DNA from: Candidatus Nomurabacteria bacterium
GTDB taxonomy: Bacteria; Patescibacteriota; Minisyncoccia; Phycocordibacterales; UBA9973
Length of the DNA stretch: 64,000 nucleotides
Reading direction: 5' to 3'
Assembly: GCA_023267435.1 (NCBI GenBank)
Contig: JAHFNH010000001.1
Location: 16,253-80,252 of the forward strand
This document shows, one piece after another, positions 19,301 to 27,094 of the stretch. The first letter of the stretch is position 1, and every line of letters begins with the position of its first letter. Below the pieces are notes generated by a model that was not told where the DNA came from, searched no databases, and saw only the letters and a program-made list of their open reading frames with translations. Position numbers and translations under genes: made by a program.

Positions 19301-19914
19301 TCTTTTATATCTTTATAACCTTGCGCCAATTCATGCGAAGAAAGAGCTGTTCCGCAACGAGGACACCAAGGCAAAACTTTGTAATCCTTGTATAAAAGTT
19401 TTTTATCATCGACTGTTTTAACAACATTCCAAACTGACTCCATAAAATGTTTATCATAAGTAACATATGGATTCTCTTTATCGATCCAGTATCCTGTACG
19501 GTCAGTAAATTGTTCCCACACATCTATGTGCTTCCAAACACTTTCTTTACACTTCTTATTAAATGCTTCTATGCCGTAAACTTCAATTTCTTTTTTAGAT
19601 TTTAAGCCAAGTTCCTTTTCAACTTTTAACTCAACAGGCAAACCGTGAGTGTCCCATCCTCCTTTGCGTCGCACATGATAACCACGCATTGTTTTATATC
19701 GAGGCAAAGCATCTTTAAAACACCTTGGTTCAAGATGGTGAATACCGGGCATACCGTTCGCAGTTGGCGGGCCATCATAAAAAACGAACTCACCGCTCGG
19801 TGCTGGTTTTTTTAAAGATTTATTAAAAATATCTTTTTCTTTCCAAAATTCTAAAACTCGCTCTTCACGGAGCGCAGACTCACTTTTATTACTTATTTCT
19901 TTGTTTTCAGCCAT
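16384..19914 (-). CDS. ileS: isoleucyl-tRNA synthetase (type 2, Thermus/eukaryote-like) carrying an inserted histidine-phosphatase (PGAM-like) domain
   Basis: PPTANGMPGIHH (HIGH region, noncanonical), CP1 editing region, WAISRERYWGTPLPIW, KMSKSIGN. Between the two Cys pairs of the zinc knuckle (VCDLCTDRH ... ELDLHRPFIDDVKLVCTHAKAGQVCGG) lies an insertion of about 200 aa with RHGQSESN, SPFMRTRETIE and LILSHG motifs. Confidence 0.85.
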   Translation of the reverse strand: MAENKEISNKSESALREERVLEFWKEKDIFNKSLKKPAPSGEFVFYDGPPTANGMPGIHHLEPRCFKDALPRYKTMRGYHVRRKGGWDTHGLPVELKVEKELGLKSKKEIEVYGIEAFNKKCKESVWKHIDVWEQFTDRTGYWIDKENPYVTYDKHFMESVWNVVKTVDDKKLLYKDYKVLPWCPRCGTALSSHELAQGYKDIKELSVFVKFKIIGEENTFVLAWTTTPWTLPGNVGLAVGEDINYVKVKQGEEFLILAEARLDVLVGEYEIVSKMKGKDLLGLEYEPLYPFLKDNISGAEKEKLGNAFKIYPADFVTTVDGTGVVHTAVMYGADDFELGTKIGLPKFHLVGEDGNFLKFAGFLAGKFVKDEETAVEIIKDLAHRGLLLKKEKYEHNYPHCWRCQTPLIYFARDSWYINMSSLREDLMKENEKINWEPAYIREGRFGEWLREVKDWAISRERYWGTPLPIWVCDLCTDRHIVGSIDDLKQKVIKSGNKYFVMRHGQSESNVKDNLHGVVCSRVEDIDHLTEQGKAQALQAVESLKDEKIDLVFVSPFMRTRETIEILKDKLGYKDEQIIFDKRLSEIDAGDFEGKNWNEYKNIFKDANERFFSAKHKGESLLDVKNRMMSFVYELEEKYKNKNILILSHGSPLWMLFAGACGYSGDESISMTGGSFRHSEEIEKGVFGSFKHFTNAEVRELSFVPLPHNENYELDLHRPFIDDVKLVCTHAKAGQVCGGEMKRVKEVMDVWFDSGAMPFAQDHYPFENKEWVEGAGYPADFISEAIDQTRGWFYTLLAVGVLMGRGTPYKNVICLGHILDKEGKKMSKSIGNVVDPWTAMDKYGVDTLRLWMYSVNQPGESKNFDERTVNETHRQVFGLLYNVLAFYELYRDTYLEQDVKDLKSGNILDQWILARLDELTTLVTEKMDNYKLLESVRAIKDFIDDLSTWYVRRSRDRIKEGDADAKQTLYFVLKNIAKLMAPFAPFSADDIWLKLKNEHDEESVHLSHWPVANEINFDVIANMAEIRKVVSLGLEARQKAGMKVRQPLAKIEVKEYKLGAPYSEVIKDELNVKEIVENSGLETEVSLDINITPELKEEGDYREFVRGVQDMRKKSGLTPSDVISLSIETSEEGKKLIEKFEVDLKKTVLASKIEFVTNEGEEIKVDVLAFKIKIQK

Positions 19915-20029
19915 AGTTAGCTGATTTTAGCATAAAATATCCTAGATTTCATCCCACCTTTAAAAAATTAAAATAAAAAAAATGCGCTGGATTTTTCAAC
20001 CCAACGCACTCATTACTAACCAACTAAAC

Positions 20030-20704
20030 TTAAACATTTTGTTTCCATTTTTTACGCAAATCCCGTGCACGAACAGTGATGCCTTTTTTAGGACGTACTA
20101 CATTCTGATAATACTCTGTTCTGTTTTTAAGAGCATCGAAATGCTGCCTTAAACGGTCGGGAATTTTTCCCAAATAAAAAGGTATGGTGACTTTTTTATT
20201 TATCGGTGAAACCCAAACAGTTTCAACATCAGTTTGCTTAATGTTAAAAAGTAAATTGGTACCTTCAATAAATGGACGATCTTCCAACCTATTTATCAAA
20301 AAAGCAACTTCATTAACAATGTTTTTAATGAACGAATTCATATTTGTACGATAGAATTTTCGTATGTAAACTCTTTCAGTAATACCTTTGTTTATTACCA
20401 CCCAGCCACATCCACCGATTGAGGTGAAACCACCATTCAATCCTAAATTTGGATTGAATGAAGTATGCACTCTTATACAATAGTCTTGAAACCATTTTTG
20501 ATAGCTGAGCTGATCCTTTGTTTGTTTTATTCTTGCAACATCAGGCGGTTTACGATCAAACCTTTTAGCTTCTTTAGTTAAAATTTGTTCTGTTATTAAT
20601 TCAAGACCCAGTTTTAACAGATCCCGATTTAAAACAATAAATCTGCGATGATTCATTCCTTCCGGTTCCAGACATTGCTGGGATTTTAGTTTTCCTTTTT
20701 TCAT
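20030..20704 (-). CDS. hypothetical basic protein
   Basis: 224-aa ORF with K/R-rich termini. Confidence 0.5.
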   Translation of the reverse strand: MKKGKLKSQQCLEPEGMNHRRFIVLNRDLLKLGLELITEQILTKEAKRFDRKPPDVARIKQTKDQLSYQKWFQDYCIRVHTSFNPNLGLNGGFTSIGGCGWVVINKGITERVYIRKFYRTNMNSFIKNIVNEVAFLINRLEDRPFIEGTNLLFNIKQTDVETVWVSPINKKVTIPFYLGKIPDRLRQHFDALKNRTEYYQNVVRPKKGITVRARDLRKKWKQNV

Positions 20705-20824
20705 TTTCTATATTATTTTTTGAGGTTCATATCTTAAATCTTTATACCAAAAAACACTCTCTTTGTCAAAGGGTGTTTTTAAATAATATTTTTACTATTC
20801 GGAAAGACTTTTCTTGTAAAAAAG

Positions 20825-20850
20825 AAAGCCCTTCCAAAAGGAAGGGCTTT
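20825..20850 (-). terminator. rho-independent terminator
   Basis: GCCCTTCC-AAAA-GGAAGGGC perfect 8-bp stem with flanking T-run, downstream of the 20875..21348 gene. Confidence 0.65.
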
Positions 20851-20874
20851 TAATTTTAATTACAGTAAATTATT

Positions 20875-21348
20875 TTAATAATTACCGTCTCTGCAACTAC
20901 TCTCAGAAAGTTCAATACTTAGGAAATAACAAGTTAATTCGTTTCCTTTCTTGCGAATTGAATACGTAAGTTTCTTTTTTAACGTATTAATCGTTTCTTC
21001 TACATAGACTTTACAATGATGTGATTTTGACAACTGGGCAAGAAATTTATCAATAACTTCTCTATCTGTTTGTCCTACAAATGACTTTAATTTTCCATAC
21101 ATGTCATCTTTGTTTTCAAAGAACTTCAAATTACCAGAGTGTCGAGCATTCAACACATAACTTGTTTGATTTGTTGAAAGACAAAGAAAATTATAGTCAA
21201 ACACTTTTGTTTTCCAGCCATCACTAAATCCAGTGTCACCATTGTGTTTAAAAAGCCCTTGTATCCTCTGTAATGTTTTAAGAGGACTCAAATTGTCTGT
21301 CAGAGTTACTGACTCTGACTTTTTCGTTGATGAAAATGATACAGACAT
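20875..21348 (-). CDS. hypothetical protein
   Basis: 157-aa ORF with its own terminator. Confidence 0.5.
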   Translation of the reverse strand: MSVSFSSTKKSESVTLTDNLSPLKTLQRIQGLFKHNGDTGFSDGWKTKVFDYNFLCLSTNQTSYVLNARHSGNLKFFENKDDMYGKLKSFVGQTDREVIDKFLAQLSKSHHCKVYVEETINTLKKKLTYSIRKKGNELTCYFLSIELSESSCRDGNY

Positions 21349-21445
21349 ACTGTTTTCGTTTTTAATTGTTTATATACAAATTTTATTTTCTACTCTATCC
21401 TACCGTAAGATTCTCAACTTGTCAATATAATTAAGTAATATCTAT

Positions 21446-23134
21446 TTACATTCTCTCCGGAGCTTGGATACCTAAAAGATGCAAACCATTTTTTATTATG
21501 ATTTGTGTTGCGCGAGCTATAGCTAAACGATGTTCTGAAACTTCCTTATTTTTTTCATCAATTATTTGATTGTCACCGTAAAAAGAATTAAAACCATGAG
21601 CAACTTCAATAACATAAGTCACAATATATTGCGGAGCGTATTCTGTAATTGCACGCTCGACTATTTCAGGAAAACGATATAACATTTTTTCAATATCCAA
21701 AATATCTTGAGCATGATAGTTTGGAGACATTCCTAATCCTGACCCTTTTTCAATCAAGCTTTGAATACGGGCATGGGTGTATTGTAAGTATGGGCCAGAA
21801 TCCCCTTCAAAAGACAAAGATGTATCTGGATCAAAATTAATATTCTGACCTGGCTTCGTGCGAAGAATTGTAAACTTTATTGCACCAATAGCTACAGCTT
21901 CAGCATTTTCACGTATATCAGCTACACGATCTTTTGTTCTTTCAGAAACTTCACCTAAAACAAGATCAATCATCTCAGTCGCAAGGGGCACGCCACCTAA
22001 TCGAGACGACATCTTTTGTCCCTTGTAACTCATACGTCCATGAGGGACATGAATACTGTTTTTTACCCACTCAGGATTTATTTTTTCTGCAGCATCGAGC
22101 ACAATATTGAAATGTGGAATTTGTTCGGTGTCAGTAATAAAAATAGAAATATTCGGATTCACACGCTCGAATTTTAATTTCAATAATCCTAAATCTTTAG
22201 CTTCATAAGTCGGATTACCTTGGCTATTTATAAAGACAGCTGTGTTTAAATTCTTTTTAGCTTCATCTGGAATATAAACAACAGCACCTTCGCTCTCAGT
22301 GAAAACTGCTGGAGTATTTTTCCCTACAATTTCCTTCCCTGCTATACCCGCCTCACTCTCGTATATATATGAATCAAAATGAGAACCAAGTCTCTTTGTA
22401 ATTGATTCAAAGTATTCAATATTGAATTTCTTACATACTTCATAAACCTTCAATTCTGGAGAACCTTTGCCAACATATAGATTATCCGCAATTTCTTTCA
22501 CGCGTTCATGAATTGATTCATCATCTGTAAATCTTTTTGTACCTTCCACATAAGCGTCACCTAATACTGCAATATCATTCGGGGTAAAATCTGCACCGTA
22601 TTTTTCCAAAATAATAAAAACTGCTTTGGCTACACCGAGAGAAATATCTGAAGGAAAAGACATTGTTTTCACTTCTGCACCGGAGAACTTCATAATTTGG
22701 ACCATTGATTCCCCTATTGTATTGTTCATCATATGCCCAATATGAAAAGGCTTGAATAAATTTGGAGAAGAATGTTCCACTAAAACTTTTTTTCCTTTTA
22801 GTGATTCTACTTTCCCAAAATTATCTTTTGTATTTAAAATTTCTTTAGTTGAATCTGCAAAAAATTCCGGTGCTAAATAAAAATTTATAAATCCCGCACC
22901 CGCAACATCAATTTTATTTATTTTACTGTCAAGGTTCAACCTTGACAGTTGGTCAACAATTTTCTGAGCCAATTCTTTCGGATTGGTTTTTTCTCTTTTA
23001 GAGAGAACCATAGCAACATTTGTGGAATAATCCCCCATCTTCAAATCTGCTGGATGTTCCACAGTAAAATCAACCTCTTCTATATTGAGATTTTTTAACG
23101 CTTCTATAATTAAATTTTTTATTTTATATTCCAT
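21446..23134 (-). CDS. argS: arginyl-tRNA synthetase
   Basis: HSSPNLFKPFHIGHMMN (HIGH), DALR anticodon-binding C-terminus ending ...APERM. Confidence 0.85.
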   Translation of the reverse strand: MEYKIKNLIIEALKNLNIEEVDFTVEHPADLKMGDYSTNVAMVLSKREKTNPKELAQKIVDQLSRLNLDSKINKIDVAGAGFINFYLAPEFFADSTKEILNTKDNFGKVESLKGKKVLVEHSSPNLFKPFHIGHMMNNTIGESMVQIMKFSGAEVKTMSFPSDISLGVAKAVFIILEKYGADFTPNDIAVLGDAYVEGTKRFTDDESIHERVKEIADNLYVGKGSPELKVYEVCKKFNIEYFESITKRLGSHFDSYIYESEAGIAGKEIVGKNTPAVFTESEGAVVYIPDEAKKNLNTAVFINSQGNPTYEAKDLGLLKLKFERVNPNISIFITDTEQIPHFNIVLDAAEKINPEWVKNSIHVPHGRMSYKGQKMSSRLGGVPLATEMIDLVLGEVSERTKDRVADIRENAEAVAIGAIKFTILRTKPGQNINFDPDTSLSFEGDSGPYLQYTHARIQSLIEKGSGLGMSPNYHAQDILDIEKMLYRFPEIVERAITEYAPQYIVTYVIEVAHGFNSFYGDNQIIDEKNKEVSEHRLAIARATQIIIKNGLHLLGIQAPERM

Positions 23135-23556
23135 TACTTTTTTCCTGTTGATCCAAACCTCCCTTCTCCACGAACCGATTCACTCAATATATCAGTTTCC
23201 TCTAATTCTGCAATGATTACAGGATAAATTATCAGCTGGCTAACTTTATCTCCTACTTCAACAGTATAAGGTTTATCTGATAAATTTACTAAATGAGTAT
23301 TGTATTCTCCACGATAACCAGCATCGTAAACCCCTCCCATAGTATGAAGTCCCAATTTTGAAATACTACCTTTGTCTTTAACAATACCCGCATAACCTTC
23401 TTCAAATTCCGTTGCAAATCCGTGCCAAAATATATGGTGTCCCATTGAGGGAATAGTCACAGCTTCCATTGAAAACAAATCCATCCCCACATCTCCTGGA
23501 TGGGCATAGCTTGGTAACTTTACATTTTCTTTTAATTTTTTAATTTTTAATTGCAT
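23134..23556 (-). CDS. dut: dUTP diphosphatase
   Basis: Motifs AHPGDVGMDL and RGEGRFGSTG. Confidence 0.85.
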   Translation of the reverse strand: MQLKIKKLKENVKLPSYAHPGDVGMDLFSMEAVTIPSMGHHIFWHGFATEFEEGYAGIVKDKGSISKLGLHTMGGVYDAGYRGEYNTHLVNLSDKPYTVEVGDKVSQLIIYPVIIAELEETDILSESVRGEGRFGSTGKK

Positions 23557-23559
23557 GAA

Positions 23560-24252
23560 TTATTTCTTAATTACTTTTTTAACTTCTAAATAAACATCTT
23601 TATGAATATCTTCTCTAGTGCGCATATTATTGCCTTTTACACAAGATATTTTTACAAAATTATTTAATTCTTTAATAAGTTTCAAGGCGCTCTTACGAGA
23701 ATTTTCCAAGAAAACAGGATCATTCTCGTGAACATCACCCTTACGTCTTAAATATTGGCGAACATTTTTTGCATCACGTTCTATCATTAACTTTTGAGTA
23801 ATTTTTATCGGAACTTCTAAATAAAGAACAATGTCTGGACGTGGAATACCAAAAACTTTATATTCCATATCATCAAGCCAACGTAAAAAATCTTTTCTTT
23901 TTTTTGCGTCTGTTATTTTTCCACCTTGATGTATTTGATTAGCTGAAACATAACGATTTGCAATTACAACATTTCCTGATTTAAGCCATTTAGAAATCTG
24001 CTCGGAGGACTCCCATCTATCGGCGGCATACAAAACTGAAGCTATTTTAGGGTGAACTTTAACAAAGTTAAAATATTGTTCTCGTAAACAATGACCAATA
24101 AATTGACCGAAGAAGTTTTTGTAATACTCTGGAAAATCAACAGTTTTAACTTTAAAACCTTCCTTCACAAGACGCGCTCTCAAGAGTTCAACCTGTGTTG
24201 CCTTTCCGCTTCCATCTGTACCATCTATTACTATTAGTTTTCCTTTTTTCAT
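23560..24252 (-). CDS. tmk: thymidylate kinase
   Basis: P-loop IVIDGTDGSGKATQ. Confidence 0.8.
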   Translation of the reverse strand: MKKGKLIVIDGTDGSGKATQVELLRARLVKEGFKVKTVDFPEYYKNFFGQFIGHCLREQYFNFVKVHPKIASVLYAADRWESSEQISKWLKSGNVVIANRYVSANQIHQGGKITDAKKRKDFLRWLDDMEYKVFGIPRPDIVLYLEVPIKITQKLMIERDAKNVRQYLRRKGDVHENDPVFLENSRKSALKLIKELNNFVKISCVKGNNMRTREDIHKDVYLEVKKVIKK

Positions 24253-24253
24253 A

Positions 24254-25453
24254 TTATTTTTTAGCTCTTAAAATCTTATCCATTTTTTGTGCAATTTTAA
24301 TCATGTCTTTTTCTTTTTTACCACGAGTGGTTTCTGCGCAAGTGCCAAGTCGAATACCAGAAGGATCCATCACACTGCGTGTATCTCCTGGAATAGTGTT
24401 CATATTTACAATAATCCCTGCTTTTTCAAGCTTAATACTTGCCTCCTTACCGGAAACACCAGATCCATTCATAAAGGTATCCATAAGTATTAGGTGTGAA
24501 TCTGTGCCACCAGAAATAATATGCCATCCTAATATTTTTAATTCGTTCGCTAGTGTCTTAGCATTCTTTACTACTTGCTTCGCATATTTTTTGAAATCAG
24601 GTTTCATTGCTTCGCCTAACGCAATAGCAACACCTGCAATATTGTTTTCATGTGGTCCACCAAAAAGTCCTGGGATAACCATCTTGTCTAATTTTTTATC
24701 AAACTCTCGTGCATCTTTTTTTACAAAAAGAATTGCTTGTCTTGGTCCACGCAGAGACTTGTGAGTGGTAGTCATCACACTATCTGCATAAGGAAACGGT
24801 GTTGGATAAACTCCTCCAGCCACGAGTCCTGCAAAGTGTGACATGTCGACATGTAGTAACGCTCCCTTCCGTCCGTCAGGGTAAACCACAGCATCGGCAA
24901 TTTCTCTAAACTTTTTAAAATCAACAACTCTAGGGTATGCGGTAAAACCAGCTACGATAATATCTGGCTTTTCTTGAACTGCAAGATTTTTTAATTTATC
25001 GTAATCAATAACTTCAGTCGCACCATCGAGTTCAAATTGAATTGGTTTCCAAAGTTTACCAGTCATAGATAATGGGTGTCCGTGTGTAAGGTGTCCACCA
25101 GAAGTTAATTTCATTCCCATTATTTTTCCACCGATTGGAACCAGGGCAGAATACAAAGCAAAGTTTGCTGGAGAACCGGAAAGAAGCTGAACATTTGCAT
25201 GCCATTCTGTGTCTTTTAATTTAAAAAGTTTTAAAGCTCGTTCAATGCAAAGAGTTTCTACTTTGTCGATAATCTGATTGCCACCATAGTATCTCCTGCC
25301 TGGATAACCTTCGGCATATTTATTTGTAAGTTCCGAACCGAGCGCTTGTAAAACATCTTTTGAAACGTAGTTCTCAGATGCGATTAAGTTAGTAACACTC
25401 TTCTGCCTTTTGGCTTCTAGTTTGATAAGCTTCTCAATTTGTTTATCTTTCAT
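24254..25453 (-). CDS. glyA: serine hydroxymethyltransferase
   Basis: LIASENYVSKDVLQALGS, PLP-lysine region TTTHKSLRGPR. Confidence 0.9.
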   Translation of the reverse strand: MKDKQIEKLIKLEAKRQKSVTNLIASENYVSKDVLQALGSELTNKYAEGYPGRRYYGGNQIIDKVETLCIERALKLFKLKDTEWHANVQLLSGSPANFALYSALVPIGGKIMGMKLTSGGHLTHGHPLSMTGKLWKPIQFELDGATEVIDYDKLKNLAVQEKPDIIVAGFTAYPRVVDFKKFREIADAVVYPDGRKGALLHVDMSHFAGLVAGGVYPTPFPYADSVMTTTHKSLRGPRQAILFVKKDAREFDKKLDKMVIPGLFGGPHENNIAGVAIALGEAMKPDFKKYAKQVVKNAKTLANELKILGWHIISGGTDSHLILMDTFMNGSGVSGKEASIKLEKAGIIVNMNTIPGDTRSVMDPSGIRLGTCAETTRGKKEKDMIKIAQKMDKILRAKK

Positions 25454-25483
25454 TCCCCAATTTTACCACCAAAACCAGCCTTA

Positions 25484-26344
25484 TCAAAACCCGAAATTAA
25501 GCTTGTCACCATTGGATTTTACAACAATAGTGCCAAGCAAGTCCGTCCTAAAAATCTTGGCACCTATCTGCTTTAATATATCTAAAGTTTCTGGATGTGG
25601 ATGACCGTAAGTATTACCTTTGCCATCTGAGATGAGTGCGTATGTTGGCGAAACGGCTTGCACGAATTCTAAAGAACTAGAACCACGAGAACCATGATGC
25701 CCGACTTTCAAAATATCACTCTGTAATTCGCTTGAAGAAAAATCTCCTAATATTATTTTTTCGGTTAATTTTGTCGCATCGCCTGTCAGCATTACCGAAG
25801 TCTTGCCATAAGATAATCGTGCCACTACTGAGCCATCGTTCGTCTTCCAACTCGACACATCACGATCAGGAAATAAAATATCGAGCACTGCTCCCTCGCC
25901 CAGATCGAGACGCATTCCTTTTTTTACTAAAAGATTTGGGATATTTTTATTTTGTATTTGTGTTTCTAAATCTTTAAAAGTTTTTGAATTGCTCACTGTA
26001 CCGGAACTAAAAACTTCACCCACTTGATAATTTTTCAAGACATCTAAAAACCCTCCAATATGATCTGCATCAGGATTTGTAATAATTACCGCATCTATTT
26101 TTTTATCAAAAGGATTCATCACACGAGAAAGTGGACTGAGTATTTTTCGAGCTGGGCCACCGTCCACCAAGATTTGCGTGCCAGTCGGTGACTCTATAAA
26201 AAGTGCATCCCCTTGTCCAACATCCAGCATCGCAAAAGTCAGCTGACGATGTTCGTTTTGCCAAATAAGCTGAAAGATAAAAATATTCACTAAAATAAGA
26301 GCTAAAACACACAAAGGTAAGTAATATTTTTTGTTATTCTCCAT
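25484..26344 (-). CDS. ComEC/Rec2-type metallo-beta-lactamase domain protein (C-terminal part of ComEC as a separate gene) with N-terminal TM anchor
   Basis: LDVGQGDALFIESP, HxDxDHIGG (NPDADHIGG), KVGHHGSRGSS, NTYGHPH. Confidence 0.8.
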   Translation of the reverse strand: MENNKKYYLPLCVLALILVNIFIFQLIWQNEHRQLTFAMLDVGQGDALFIESPTGTQILVDGGPARKILSPLSRVMNPFDKKIDAVIITNPDADHIGGFLDVLKNYQVGEVFSSGTVSNSKTFKDLETQIQNKNIPNLLVKKGMRLDLGEGAVLDILFPDRDVSSWKTNDGSVVARLSYGKTSVMLTGDATKLTEKIILGDFSSSELQSDILKVGHHGSRGSSSLEFVQAVSPTYALISDGKGNTYGHPHPETLDILKQIGAKIFRTDLLGTIVVKSNGDKLNFGF

Positions 26345-26345
26345 C

Positions 26346-26354
26346 GTGCTATAA
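26346..26354 (+). promoter_or_regulatory. candidate extended -10 (TGcTATAAT) for the SOD gene
   Basis: cgTGcTATAATttt lies about 50 nt upstream of the probable start at 26404. Confidence 0.35.
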
Positions 26355-26379
26355 TTTTAACATATCAATTAATAAATTC

Positions 26380-27009
26380 GTGGTGACACGAAACAGAAAA
26401 ATTATGAAAAAATTTGAAGAAATGAAATTCAATATTGGAGAATTAAAAGGAATATCGGCCAAGAATGTCGAAGAGCATTTGAAGCTTTATGCTGGTTATG
26501 TAAAAAACACAAATGGAGTTATCGAAAAAATAAGCTACTTGAGTGAAGGAATGTTTAAAAATGGAGAAGACAACGCTTATCTAATAGCTGAACTCTTCCG
26601 TCGTTTTTCTTTCGAATACAATGGTATGAGAAACCACGAAGTGTATTTCAATTCCCTATCTGGTGGAGCAAAAGCATTGAATCCTGAAAGTGAACTAGCA
26701 AAAAAAATAAACGAAGACTGCATGTCTCTAGAGATATTTCTTATGGGATTTAAGAACTTAGCACTGACTCGTGGTGTCGGCTGGGCAGTACTTTGGTATG
26801 ATAAAAAGGACAATAGACTCCTTGCTTCATGGGTAGATGAACAACATCTTGGTCAATTAAATGGTTGTGAAATGATTTTAGCTATCGATATGTGGGAACA
26901 TGCTTTCGTGTATGACTACCCCACTTCTGAAAAGAAAAAGTATGTAGAAGCATTTTTTGAGAATCTAAACTGGGAAAATGTTGAAAACAATTTCATAAAA
27001 GCCAAGTAA
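26380..27009 (+). CDS. Fe/Mn-family superoxide dismutase
   Basis: Aligns to FeSOD: ISAKNVEEHLKLYAGYV (His26-equivalent), NHEVYFNSL (His73), GVGWAVLW, DMWEHAFVYDY (Asp/His ligands). Probable true start is MKKFEEM at 26404. Confidence 0.75.
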   Translation: MVTRNRKIMKKFEEMKFNIGELKGISAKNVEEHLKLYAGYVKNTNGVIEKISYLSEGMFKNGEDNAYLIAELFRRFSFEYNGMRNHEVYFNSLSGGAKALNPESELAKKINEDCMSLEIFLMGFKNLALTRGVGWAVLWYDKKDNRLLASWVDEQHLGQLNGCEMILAIDMWEHAFVYDYPTSEKKKYVEAFFENLNWENVENNFIKAK

Positions 27010-27029
27010 GAAAAGTATTTTAGAAAAAA

Positions 27030-27088
27030 CCATAATATAAAAGTTTTCGCCTGCGGGTACTGGCTGCGTCTTACCCGCCAGAAAATTT
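27030..27088. terminator. bidirectional composite terminator between convergent SOD and comEC genes
   Basis: Outer stem CCATAATAT/ATATTATGG encloses inner stem GCGGGTA/TACCCGC, with A-run and T-run flanks. Confidence 0.55.
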
Positions 27089-27094
27089 TTGATA

